Shown piece after piece: positions 25,191 through 37,715 of a DNA stretch of 44,600 bases. The DNA is from Octopus bimaculoides (Eukaryota), in the NCBI RefSeq assembly GCF_001194135.2, contig NC_068993.1, positions 45,663,897 through 45,708,496 of the forward strand, given 5' to 3'. How positions within the stretch are numbered: the stretch's first letter is position 1; every line of letters starts with the position of its first letter. The position numbers were made by a program, and so were the translations under genes. The notes beneath the pieces are model-generated. The model did not search any database. It worked only from the letters and a program-made list of their open reading frames with translations, and was not told the origin of the DNA.

Positions 25191-25394
25191 TAGGCACAGG
25201 GCCCGAAACATTTGGGGAGGGGGCTAGTCGATTAGATCGATACCAGTACGCAACTGGTACTTAATTTATCGACCCAAAAGGATGAAAGGCAAAGTCGACC
25301 TCAGCAGAGTTTGAATTCAGAACGTAAAGACAAACGAACTATAACGCTTAGCATTTCGCCCGGCGTGCTAACATTTCTACCAGTTTATCGCCTT
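25191..25394 (-). mobile_element. SINE family A, near full length
   Basis: Reverse complement reads AAGGCGATAAACTGGTAGAAATGTTAGCACGCCGGGCGAAATGC...GAATTCAAACTCTGCTGAGGTCGACTTTGCCTTTCATCCTTTTGGGTCGATAAATTAAGTACCAGTTGCGTACTGG...TGTGCCTA; matches the copy at 39338. Confidence 0.9.
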
Positions 25395-25622
25395 ATAAAA
25401 TTTGCATATTATCATACAAATGTAACTCGTTAGCGACGCGCATTGTTAAATTATCACCATCGTTTCGCGCCCAAGCAAACTATGTACTTTACACATTTTC
25501 AAAAGATGAGAAGTTATGATTCCCATCTGAAGATTGCTCTGTTCACTTTAAATCTCGAGCTTTTCGTGTACTAGAACTGAGAGATATGAAAACATTTCAT
25601 TATTATTATTATCTCCTTCTCC

Positions 25623-25742
25623 AAATGCGGCGAGCTGGTAGAATCATTAGCACGCCGGGCAATATGCTTAGTGGTTTTTCGTCCGCCTTTACATTCTGGG
25701 TGCGAATTCTGCCGAAGTTGACTTTGCATTTCATTCTTTCGT
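25623..25742 (+). mobile_element. SINE family A 5' half
   Basis: GCGGCGAGCTGGTAGAATCATTAGCACGCCGGGCAATATGCTTAG...GAATTCTGCCGAAGTTGACTTTGCATTTCATTCTTTCG. Confidence 0.85.
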
Positions 25743-25925
25743 TGTTGTTTCCAAATTTCTGGTAGAGTGAATTGCGTCATGATGCTGCTTTTCTCACGTA
25801 TAGTGCCCAACTGACTCTACTATGCTGTGTAGTCGAAAATCCCAAACAAACAATGCACATGGGTGAAATTAAAAATATAACATGGCGACAATTTACCCAT
25901 CGCATCCTCAGCATTTGTGTGTGTA

Positions 25926-25992
<67 letters not shown>

Positions 25993-25999
25993 ATATACA

Positions 26000-26085
26000 T
26001 ACAGCAGGCTTCTACTCAGTTTCCGCCCTTACAACTTCATTCACAAGTTGTTCTTCAGCCTGGGACTATAATAGATGTTTACCGA
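26000..26085 (-). mobile_element. Diverged 3' fragment of SINE family C (see 38919-39068)
   Basis: Reverse complement ...ACAACTTGTGAATGAAGTTGTAAGGGCGGAAACTGAGTAGAAGCCTGCTG matches the family C tail TTGTGAGTGGATTTGGTAGACGGAAA..AAAGAAGCCCGTCG. Confidence 0.6.
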
Positions 26086-27044
26086 AATAAAAGAAAAATG
26101 GTTGTAATGCGAGCTTCTTACTCAGAAAACCATGTAAGTGCTTACATAAACCATTATTTGTTGCTCACTTAATAGTTCATATTGCTTCTTTATCATAAGA
26201 CTGGTTTAGTGATTATATGCTTAAATTTACCGATGTAATCGAGTAACTATAGAAAACTGGTATTCACCAGGAGAATTTTGCTGAAGCGGTTCAATTTAAT
26301 GTATTTAAAGAATTTCTGCCCTTATACAAAGAACGAAGTTGAAATATAGGCTAATGCATAACTGCTGTCATTTTTAATCTCGCAAACGCTCAGTTGTTAC
26401 ATACCAAATTTTACTTGATGTGAACTTGTACCACTGACACAACATACTTCTGTATTTAACATGTAGTACTGATCGATAAAGAAATACTTTTTTACCCAAT
26501 GTACATTTACAACAACTCTGTTATAAGATGGACGAATTAGGCAGAGTTGTCAGATAATCAAGGATATTTATTTTTATCTAAATACAGTTGATTTCAAATG
26601 CGATATAGAAATCTGGAATCGTTAGCATTGTTTTTCTAGTGTCAATCACAATTTGTGTGTCAATAAAACAAAGAAAGAAAAAATAAACACTTTTATGTGC
26701 TTCACTTTGCTTCTAGGTCATCTTTGAGTGCAGCGAATTTCCATAAAGAAGAAAGTGCATTTGGTTTCAGCAGGAAATGATTAGCGGGTTCTCATTTTTT
26801 CCTTAAGGTCTGACACTTAAACTTGTCTGAAATGATAAGCTGTTCTGTAGGTAAAGTTGCTTTTTTTTTTGTTTGCATAGTTTCAATCAAGAACGGAATA
26901 ATCTTGCATTGTTGTAGGATACGCGAGAGCTTTCAGTTTGATGACTTCATTGATGTCACCACTTAATGAAAGCTGTGTGTGAGTCTGTATGTATGTATGT
27001 ATGTATGTATGCATGTATGTATGTATATATGTATGTATGTATGT

Positions 27045-27885
27045 CATTACTTAGTTTTATTTTAAGATTTCTTGCCAATAGAGAAAAAGTTGATTTCTAA
27101 CCTAGATTCAGGTCTCCTTCATTGGAATTTCAACATCAACAGCAGGGTATTTTTGTGTGTATGCACGTATATGAGAAGATTTGTATGTTTTTTTTTTATG
27201 TATCTATGCTCATGCATATATTTGCATATCTAGACAAGGTCATATATACTTAAATGATAAACTTCTGGAAAGTTTTACAGATTTTGAGTTCCAGTGATGG
27301 AGTGGATCTGTAGATTTTGAATCAGCTTTTTCCTTTTCTGGTGTTAGAAGCCTAATTTCTCAAGATTGACGTTTAGGCAATGTATTGCATATCCTCAATA
27401 TTTACAGGTATAAACTTGAACTTGTAATCTGGACAGAGTAACTTCAGTTTTCTCAATAGTTCTACGTAGGTATTCTCTTTTTCTTGATCTTCAGCTTTAA
27501 GCTAGTTTCCACCGCTGTGCACAGTTTCACTTCTCTATCCCAAACCATTATATCAGGTCTGTTGTGCTTATATCTTAGTGAGGTTTTTGACTGGGACATT
27601 CCACCACTACTCATTTTTATTATGAGTGACTATGGCTTCTATCATAGTGTCGGTTCCTATTTCTTTGATTTCGGCGTTACTCTTCCGACGGATTTCATTA
27701 TAGAATACCCTAGCTACAACATCATGTCTCATCGGTAGATAACACCGTGATGACATTTTTGAATAAATGCTTGTGGCGTGGGTACTAACTTCGGTATCAT
27801 CTCCACAAAGTCTGCATCGGTGGTCACATTTTACTGCTTTTCCTGCATCTCTATCCCTTGGCCTCGAGACAAAATTGAAGACCAC
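27045..27885 (-). mobile_element. Dong/R4-type (RLE) LINE 3' end, 5'-truncated, with probable 3' UTR and (CATA)n tail
   Basis: ORF 27607-27930 contains CDHRCRLCGDDTEVSTH...YLPMRHDVVARVFYNEI (CCHC knuckle plus RHD motif). Then WWNVPVK, QEKENTYVELLRKLKLLCPDYKFKFIPV and a terminal KICKTFQKFII*. A (TGTA)n tract at 26985-27045 abuts the 3' end. Confidence 0.88.
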
Positions 27886-27933
27886 AGGCATGTACACACA
27901 AACATACAAACACACACATATTTTGGCCAAGCA

Positions 27934-28003
<70 letters not shown>
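27934..28003. repeat. (ATT)n microsatellite
   Basis: Direct reading. Confidence 0.97.
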
Positions 28004-28004
<1 letters not shown>

Positions 28005-29159
28005 GTATATATATANNNNNNNNNNNNNNNNNNNNNNNNNNNNNNNNNNNNNNNNNNNNNNNNNNNNNNNNNNNNNNNNNNNNNNNNNNNNNNNNNNNNN
28101 NNNNNNNNNNNNNNNNNNNNNNNNNNNNNNNNNNNNNNNNNNNNNNNNNNNNNNNNNNNNNNNNNNNNNNNNNNNNNNNNNNNNNNNNNNNNNNNNNNNN
28201 NNNNNNNNNNNNNNNNNNNNNNNNNNNNNNNNNNNNNNNNNNNNNNNNNNNNNNNNNNNNNNNNNNNNNNNNNNNNNNNNNNNNNNNNNNNNNNNNNNNN
28301 NNNNNNNNNNNNNNNNNNNNNNNNNNNNNNNNNNNNNNNNNNNNNNNNNNNNNNNNNNNNNNNNNNNNNNNNNNNNNNNNNNNNNNNNNNNNNNNNNNNN
28401 NNNNNNNNNNNNNNNNNNNNNNNNNNNNNNNNNNNNNNNNNNNNNNNNNNNNNNNNNNNNNNNNNNNNNNNNNNNNNNNNNNNNNNNNNNNNNNNNNNNN
28501 NNNNNNNNNNNNNNNNNNNNNNNNNNNNNNNNNNNNNNNNNNNNNNNNNNNNNNNNNNNNNNNNNNNNNNNNNNNNNNNNNNNNNNNNNNNNNNNNNNNN
28601 NNNNNNNNNNNNNNNNNNNNNNNNNNNNNNNNNNNNNNNNNNNNNNNNNNNNNNNNNNNNNNNNNNNNNNNNNNNNNNNNNNNNNNNNNNNNNNNNNNNN
28701 NNNNNNNNNNNNNNNNNNNNNNNNNNNNNNNNNNNNNNNNNNNNNNNNNNNNNNNNNNNNNNNNNNNNNNNNNNNNNNNNNNNNNNNNNNNNNNNNNNNN
28801 NNNNNNNNNNNNNNNNNNNNNNNNNNNNNNNNNATATATATATATATATATATAGATAGATAGATATACATAAATGTATATATATGTATATATATATATA
28901 TATGTAGTAATGTGTATCTATCTGTCTATCTATCTATAATATACCTAGACACACATGGGTGTGTGTGTTTGTATATGTGTGTGTATGTGTGTGTATGTAT
29001 ATATGTGTGTGTATGTGTTCGTATGTGTATATATGTGTGCGTGTGTGTGTGTGTATGTGTGTGTGTGTATACAGAATACACATAAGGATTTATTGACACA
29101 GATTCTGTGTCAATAAATAGAACGAAATATATTAAATTGACCAGTTAAAGTCGCCTCAA

Positions 29160-29304
29160 TTATCATGTACTCCATCACCACCACCACCACCACCACCACC
29201 ATCACCATTTCCAATGCAATCACTATATACGGCATCATCCACTTTCCTCCCCAACCCAGAGCCACCGCGGTCTCTATTGCTGCAACCAGCACTTTAAGCA
29301 ACAA

Positions 29305-29370
<66 letters not shown>

Positions 29371-29372
29371 TA
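29160..29372. repeat. (CAC)n and (CTA)n trinucleotide tracts
   Basis: Direct reading; source of the poly-T and poly-V ORFs. Confidence 0.9.
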
Positions 29373-29697
29373 CCAATAATACTGGAAATTATGCAGTTAC
29401 AAAATCACTATCAACACCAACAAAATCACAAATCTCAGCAGCAAAAACTAAATTATAAATATCCACGAGATCGTCATGAAGTGTATATTTATTTCAAGAA
29501 CATAACATCAAAACTAAAGACAATAAAAAAAGCTGTAATATAAGGTAGGTAAGAGAAAAGCAGCTGTTGTATAAATCATTTTGGTTTTTATTGAAAATCA
29601 ATACTGATCTAATATTACTGACAGTTAAACTGACACATAGATATACATACATACACACACAAACACACACGTATCAATACAGACATAGAAGCGCGAA

Positions 29698-29698
<1 letters not shown>

Positions 29699-29732
<34 letters not shown>

Positions 29733-29741
29733 ATGTATATG

Positions 29742-29824
<83 letters not shown>

Positions 29825-29854
29825 ACACACATACAGACAGACACACACGTGCAC

Positions 29855-29890
<36 letters not shown>
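29699..29890. repeat. (TA)n microsatellite cluster
   Basis: Direct reading. Confidence 0.95.
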
Positions 29891-29893
<3 letters not shown>

Positions 29894-30286
29894 TGCACGT
29901 AGGTCTGTCTATCTATCTATCTATCTATATATTTATAGCTATATATATATATTTTTATACATATACATGCATACATATATGTCTCACGAATTCTTTCCAA
30001 GATATCTATGTATGCATGTATCTGTAAAAAAGAAAACGAGGGGGAGAAAGAGCGAGAGTGAGAGTGAAAGACCTTCTGTGTATGTGTGTGTGTGATTGTG
30101 CTGGTTGATGTGCATACGCATGTACACATATAATAGTTATATGGTCACACTATGTCCAGGAAAAATTATTCTAACAAATCTCAGTAAACACAAAGCCAAA
30201 CTTTTAAACATGTATATACATACATAATACATACATAGATGCATACATATATACATACATACATGCATACATACATACATACATAT

Positions 30287-30325
<39 letters not shown>

Positions 30326-30454
30326 NNNNNNNNNNNNNNNNNNNNNNNNNNNNNNNNNNNNNNNNNNNNNNNNNNNNNNNNNNNNNNNNNNNNNNNNNNN
30401 NNAAAAAGGTGAGGTTTTTTGTATGATTGTGTATAGAGGAATATATTATTTTGC

Positions 30455-30745
30455 TTAAAAGAGTTCCAACACTGTCTGTTTTTTATGTTTTATTTATATT
30501 CCTGCAGAACTAATGTGGGGTATAGAATATGGAATATACAATATATAATATGATATACAATATACAACATAAAATAAAATAATATAAAAATGGATGGCAC
30601 CATGAAAGAAAGTATTGAATGTAGATGAAATATTGAGTGTTCAATATAAAGGATCAAATATATAAATATATAAATATAAATATATATATAAAGGCGACTC
30701 GAGTTTCAGAGCTATTTCCCTTCGTCATGGCCGGTATGACAGACT
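30455..30745 (+). repeat. Unclassified interspersed repeat, copy 1
   Basis: TTAAAAGAGTTCCAACACTGTCTGTTTTTTATG...GAAATATTGAGTGTTCAATATAAAGGAT...TCATGGCCGGTATGACAGACT recurs at 42609-42867. Confidence 0.85.
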
Positions 30746-30812
30746 TTAACAGACTACATTCACACACGCACGTACAGACATATGTGTGTGCATATATATA
30801 TAAGTATATGTA

Positions 30813-30850
<38 letters not shown>

Positions 30851-31320
30851 TCTTTATATGCTTCTTTGTGTCCGTCTGAATATAGATTCACACACTCACA
30901 TACATAGTCTCACTTACTCATACACTCATGTATTTCAACCAGAACACCGAAACCGCGAAGACAGAGTTCTCCTTGTAAAAGTTTGATAAATATGTATTCT
31001 ATTAAAATTTACGAAGTAAGCCTTCAGCTTTAATGTTAAATCTTGTCTTTATATATAAAACATAAAACAATAAAACTGGTCTATAATTATATATATATAA
31101 TTATATATATATACAAATATATATATATATATATATANNNNNNNNNNNNNNNNNNNNNNNNNNNNNNNNNNNNNNNNNNNNNNNNNNNNNNNNNNNNNNN
31201 NNNNNNNNNNNNNNNNNNNNNNNNNNNNNNNNNNNNNNNNNNNNNNNNNNNNNNNNNNNNNNNNNNNNNNNNNNNNNNNNNNNNNNNNNNNNNNNNNNNN
31301 NNNNNNNNNNNNNNNNNNNN

Positions 31321-31403
<83 letters not shown>

Positions 31404-33429
31404 ACTTCTTTAACAAGTTTAACTCCGTTCGATGTAACATAAGTTGTGCGGAGCATTAACAGACTGGTATGTAACTCCAATTTAATGTGAAATGTGTGTG
31501 TCGAGTGCCACTGTCTTTTGCCTCTCCACCATTTCTTACATATATATTACACACGCTCATACACACATACAGACGCGCGCGCATATGTGTGTCTTCTGTT
31601 TATAATACGTGTATGTGTATGTGTGTATGTGTTTATTTTCACTTTAGTTACGAACCCTGTATTTTTGGGAGGCACGTCAGTGATAACAATTAATTCTCCG
31701 AAAAGCAGTAAATTGCTGGAAAACAGCATTTTAATTTCTAGAAAGTCGCAGTCCCATAAATTGTCCATGAAAGAAAAAGATCACTTTAAGTGGAAATCAC
31801 TTCAATAATATCTCCTCACTTGATACCCGTGTATAATAAATTAAATCTAATTGAACGAAACGATTCTCAGTCAGCATTTCCACTTTTCTATTTAACATCG
31901 GTTGATTATGTAGAAAGAATAGAGAGTAATGGCTGGTGCTAAAATATTTTGTCAACTACCAGTGTCTCATACGGTAGCTCTGTTTGACTTCTCCTGGGTC
32001 TATATAACAACTGCACCACTCTTAATAATGCAACTACCATGACTGCCATATCGCCACGAAATTCCGCCACCACATTACATTACAAGCTTCATCATCAACA
32101 CTTTCATATTCAGCACAATTGTGGCTCGCTATAACATCTGAGATGGTCTCAGTGAATAAGATAAGGTGGTTAGGTATAGAATGTAACTGTAATTAAGGAG
32201 AGATGGCCATCTTAATACGGTTTATCTTTATTTTAATCGATCGGAGTTGGCCTGTTTGTAAACAAAAACAAATTGAGAGAAAAATAGCAATGGCAGTAGT
32301 ATACCAGCACCTTCGAAACAACACTAAACCCCCTTCCAAAAGATGGTACAATCGATAACTATTGGCAATCAGAGTTATTTATTTAAAGCTTCGTTTCCAT
32401 TCATCAGTTTACCATTCCATTCTATTACAAAGAAAAGAATAATATTGTTATGAGTGTCTTTTTTATTTATCTATTTTTTATTTTCCGTAACGAAGTAAAT
32501 TTAAATTCAATGAAATGAACTTATATTACATCATAAATTTTCTCCATTAAATTATTTGTTTTCGTTTCTGCAATAGACTCATTAATATTCGTATATGGAA
32601 GGAAATACATCATGCCTTTTGAATCTCTTCAGAATGGAGTAATTAAGAATTTGTTAATTACATTACATCGTTGATATAAAATATACACTGTAAAATATAT
32701 ATATATATATATACATTTAATCCAAACTGGGCTGAGCAGTTTGAAGGGGCGGGACATCAACCCTTGTCCATAACAATAACAATCGGTTGAAAGGAAGTGG
32801 AATATATGTAATTATATGAAATGAAATTTCGAAATCTCTATATAATGTTGTGGATATTTAAGCAAGATGAGAAATAGATCAAGTCGAATTATAATGAAAG
32901 ACTATCGAACCCTGACTTTTCCGTCACTTTTGTAAAGGAATGATTTGTCCGCTGTTCTTTGCAGGTTAAACCATGGCAGAGAAGCCCCACTCAATGGACA
33001 AAATTGTTAATATTAATTGTCTGGTTCTAATGATTTTTTCCCACTCGGTTTACCTAATCCAGACAACGAAACAATTTCATGAAACCAGTCATGAGATAAA
33101 TAGATAAGCTAATCAGGTATATAACATTATAAATGCGTAATGAAGATAATATTCTTTCTCGCCCATTATCATCTGATAGATAATTATTATATGTAATAAT
33201 ATGTTCTGTATAACTACGTATGTGGAAAAATTTAAAGGTCATGCACACACAGAAGACACGCACGCGCGCACACACACACACAAGGATACATAAAAAAAAG
33301 AAAATTCAGCCACAACTAACAACCAATTTTGTCTCAAACAACTTTTTGCGATGATTTTCAATTATATAATGAACAATTTTTATATTAGATCAACCAAGGA
33401 TGGCAAATAGTAAAATGATAATAATAATC

Positions 33430-33530
33430 CTTTCAAGTAAAGGAAGAAGGCCTGCAATTTTGAGGGGACTAGTCCATTAATTCGACCCCAGTGTTTCACT
33501 GGTACTTTTTTTTATCGATCTCAAAAAGAT
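33430..33530 (-). mobile_element. SINE family A 3' fragment
   Basis: GGCCTGCAATTTTGAGGGGACTAGTCCATTAATTCGACCCCAGTGTTTCACTGGTACTTTTTTTATCGA is the reverse complement of the family A tail. Confidence 0.7.
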
Positions 33531-33539
33531 TGGAAAAGA

Positions 33540-34245
33540 AACTGAATTAGCAAAGCTAGACAGAACTAGGAAGGAATTCAGTATGAATGGAGGACTCCAC
33601 CATGGGTAGGAGCGGCAAGATTATACCTACCAAGAAAGGAAGGTGGAAGAAGGTTAATATCAGTAGAAGACTGCGTGGGGTTAGCTAGAGTAGATATAGA
33701 CTCCTATGTAGATAATAGTCAAGAAAGTTTATTTATTAAAAGCTACTAGAGTCACAGCATGACATACGTAAAGCAAAACACCAAACGAATTTTAAAAACA
33801 TAAAGAAGAAAAAAAAGTTTCGGTCTGGCAAGAGAAGGTGTTGCATGGCAGATTTCCAAAGATAGTTTCAGCAAATAGTAGTAGTGAGACGTGGTTATGT
33901 TTGTAGAAAGGAAAGCTGAAGAGGGAGATAGAAAGTCTGTTAGTAACTACACAAGATCAAGCGTTAAGGACTAATTGGATACAAGCCAAGATGGACAAAA
34001 ACCAAGTAGATTCTCAATGGAGATTATGCAAATCAGAAGAGGAAAGCGTAACTCATATAGTAAGTGAATGTGGCATGCTGGCACAGAAAGAATACAAGAA
34101 AATACAAGAATCTAGAGAGAACAACCTAGAAAGCTAAGATGCTGATAAATCGTATGAACATGAACCTAGTAAAATATTATACAGTAAGAAATATAAGATG
34201 CTGTGGGATTTTAACATTCAGACTGACAGAATAATAAAAGCGTAC
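33540..34245 (+). mobile_element. Second Dong/R4-type (RLE) LINE fragment (RT C-terminus to zinc knuckle and RLE start)
   Basis: RLYLPRKEGGRRLISVED; WQEKVLHGRF; GKLKREIESLLVTTQDQALRTNWI; WRLCKSEEESVTHIVSECGMLAQKEYK; YEHEPSKIL...KMLWDFNIQTDRII. These are classic RLE-LINE C-terminal motifs, with stops and frameshifts. Confidence 0.92.
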
Positions 34246-34251
34246 TTGCCA

Positions 34252-34259
34252 CCTTAGTT

Positions 34260-34310
<51 letters not shown>

Positions 34311-34386
34311 AAAATAATAATTATGATAATAATGGTTTTAAATTTTAGGTTTTAAAATTTTAATAGTAGTAGTAGTAGTGGTGGTC

Positions 34387-34471
<85 letters not shown>

Positions 34472-34485
34472 TAGTAGCAGCAGCG

Positions 34486-34516
<31 letters not shown>

Positions 34517-34558
34517 TAGTAGTGGCAGCAGCAGCAGCAGCAGTAGTAGCAGCAGCAA

Positions 34559-34599
<41 letters not shown>

Positions 34600-34632
34600 A
34601 AAATAATAATTATGATAATAATGGTTTTAAAT
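34252..34632. repeat. (AGT)n/(GCA)n compound array with a duplicated ~35-bp spacer
   Basis: Direct reading; AAAAATAATAATTATGATAATAATGGTTTTAAA occurs at about 34310-34342 and 34599-34631. Confidence 0.95.
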
Positions 34633-35350
34633 ATAGGCAGCGACTGTTTGGAGGAAGGGTTTAGTCGATTGCATGGCACNNNNNNNNNNNNNNNNNNNNN
34701 NNNNNNNNNNNNNNNNNNNNNNNNNNNNNNNNNNNNNNNNNNNNNNNNNNNNNNNNNNNNNNNNNNNNNNNNNNNNNNNNNNNNNNNNNNNNNNNNNNNN
34801 NNNNNNNNNNNNNNNNNNNNNNNNNNNNNNNNNNNNNNNNNNNNNNNNNNNNNNNNNNNNNNNNNNNNNNNNNNNNNNNNNNNNNNNNNNNNNNNNNNNN
34901 NNNNNNNNNNNNNNNNNNNNNNNNNNNNNNNNNNNNNNNNNNNNNNNNNNNNNNNNNNNNNNNNNNNNNNNNNNNNNNNNNNNNNNNNNNNNNNNNNNNN
35001 NNNNNNNNNNNNNNNNNNNNNNNNNNNNNNNNNNNNNNNNNNNNNNNNNNNNNNNNNNNNNNNNNNNNNNNNNNNNNNNNNNNNNNNNNNNNNNNNNNNN
35101 NNNNNNNNNNNNNNNNNNNNNNNNNNNNNNNNNNNNNNNNNNNNNNNNNNNNNNNNNNNNNNNNNNNNNNNNNNNNNNNNNNNNNNNNNNNNNNNNNNNN
35201 NNNNNNNNNNNNNNNNNNNNNNNNNNNNNNNNNNNNNNNNNNNNNNNNNNNNNNNNNNNNNNNNNNNNNNNNNNNNNNNNNNNNNNNNNNNNNNNNNNNN
35301 NNNNNNNNNNNNNNNNNNNNNNNNNNNNNNNNNNNNNNNTATATATATAT

Positions 35351-36056
35351 AAATTTATACTAAAAGCAATCTGCGGGAAGAATTTGAGAAATAATAAGTA
35401 AAAGAGAAAAAAGTGAAGGAGAAAGATATTCAAAGGTTTTCTGTGCAACGCATGTTTATACACACAAACATACCAACACATACTCACGCATATCCATGCA
35501 ATTCACACACTTTCACTCTATCTCGCGTTCGCTCACACACATTCACACTTACACTCGCTTATGCGTGCTTACATACACCCGCACACACGTATCCCTGCAC
35601 AAGACACGCAGACCCAGAGACATACGTATATGTCGTTGACCTTTTCAAGGATCACCAAATTGGAAATCATAAGGTTTGTTTCAGAAAGAAAAGTAAACGA
35701 ATGACTAGTAGTTGACTTAACTGGGGCACAGCTGTACTAAAAATAATATTGGCTGCACTCAGGGGATCTAGATTGCTTTTCTTCTTAGAAAGAAACAAAT
35801 ATCTTTCACGATATTCCCGATGTCAACTCCATTAAAGCCTAATATATACGCACAAGTTTACACGAAACACGCACGCATTACTGTTTGTTATATATAAGAA
35901 AAATTTAGCGTTAAACTGAAGAATTATTCAGTATTTTTTCTAGAATATATGGTTGTTTAACTTATGTCAGAAGACTTCAACGTTTTAGCCTACTACCCTT
36001 CGTTAGAGTGTACTCACGCACACACAAATTCTTCCCGCAGATTGCTTTTAGTATAA

Positions 36057-36060
<4 letters not shown>
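35351..36060. mobile_element. Candidate MITE with perfect 36-bp TIRs embedded in (TA)n
   Basis: 35351-35386 AAATTTATACTAAAAGCAATCTGCGGGAAGAATTTG is the exact reverse complement of 36025-36060; (TA)n lies on both outer sides. Confidence 0.55.
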
Positions 36061-36102
<42 letters not shown>

Positions 36103-36367
36103 NNNNNNNNNNNNNNNNNNNNNNNNNNNNNNNNNNNNNNNNNNNNNNNNNNNNNNNNNNNNNNNNNNNNNNNNNNNNNNNNNNNNNNNNNNNNNNNNNN
36201 NNNNNNNNNNNNNNNNNNNNNNNNNNNNNNNNNNNNNNNNNNNNNNNNNNNNNNNNNNNNNNNNNNNNNNNNNNNNNNNNNNNNNNNNNNNNNNNNNNNN
36301 NNNNNNNNNNNNNNNNNNNNNNNNNNNNNNNNNNNNNNACATATATATGTGTGTGTGTGTGTGTGTT

Positions 36368-36411
<44 letters not shown>

Positions 36412-37469
36412 GCTAGACGCAATTGAACACAAGAAAAAGAAATAATTCACCGTCACTAAGATATGACGGAGGGTGCAGGGAGCACCAGCATTGCTAGAAA
36501 TAAGAGTCAAAGAACTCTTTTAGCCTCAGAAGAACGTTATATAGTTATTAACTGGGGAGACAACCGCTTCCCCACTCAAGATATGTATTATATCTTTGTT
36601 CTTTCAGCCAAAGAATAAGAAATAAGCATAGAAATTCTGCGTCACGACATTTAGTTATCTATGTATGCTAAAAAAAATTAGAAAGATATGTTTATTAGAA
36701 TATAGAAAAGCAGTTATAGTTACGTATACGCAAACTTCTGCATCGGAGAGAGAAGAAAAGGAAGAAGGAAAAAGAGTTAAAAATATCAAAATTATAAGAC
36801 CAGATACATGTCCAAAGGCTATAGACTGCTGTAAAGCAAAATTTTGAGCTGTATCTTTTAACCAGAGATCAGGGTGTTGAAGAATAAGCGAGAAAGTGTT
36901 AGGTTGTGCATAATTTATTACTACCTCATGAAATAATCAGATGCATGTAAACGTGATACATTCAAGAAATACAACCACATTCAGAAAAAAAAACATAACT
37001 TTAAAATCATTTTTACTTCATAAGTCTGTTACTTCATGAGATTGCTAAGCAAGGTGAACGTCATGCAGTACACTTTTAATCGTCTTTATTTAAGCGCTTC
37101 CATAGAAAATATATTATATCATACGTTATATATTATATTATATGGCTCAGCAATATATTGATAAAGCAGATTTTCAAAGAGGATTATTTAACCAAAGGGT
37201 ATCATAGTAGTATAGTATTGTAACTATGTATTAATCAAGAGAGTTATATCTATATATTAGTCATTACTTGATCGAAATAACACATAAGTTAACCTGTAAT
37301 ATCACGAAAGGAAAGTAATAAAATATTAATAAAACATACGATGTTTGCAACAAATATAATTACACCATGTAGCTACCTCTTATTGCCAGTCAAGGAGCCT
37401 TCATTTAACCCCTCGCAATCACATTTAACCGCAGTTGCATCCACACCGTTATTGTTTTGTCCGAGATAT

Positions 37470-37715
37470 GGTTGGAAGACCAGTGTTTAGTGTATTGCAC
37501 ACATGATCACAAGATCCTGGGTTACCGAACCGAGCAGGCCATTGTATTCTTGAGCATTTCAGGTTTCCCTAATCCACTCAATTGTAAATGAGTAAACCAG
37601 CGACGATGTGGCGTCCCGTTCGGTGGGAAGGTTGTGATATCGGTTACTCATAAGCCATGAAGAGCATGTCACCATCGCTAGGATACTTACGACTCGAAAG
37701 AGTACTTTACTTTAT
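37470..37715 (+). mobile_element. Old, diverged SINE related to family B
   Basis: GTTTAGTGTATTGCAC.CATGATCACAAGATCCTGGGTT...TGTATTCTTGAGCA...TCCACTCAATTGTAAATGAGTAA..GCGACGATGTGGCGTCCCGTTCGG shares the head, core and GGCGTCCCGT motif with family B. Confidence 0.65.

Noticed and set aside
24885-25193. 102-aa ORF with FAVADL, reminiscent of GPCR TM2
   Set aside because: TTG start, no other GPCR motifs (no DRY or NPxxY), no splice support; likely chance.
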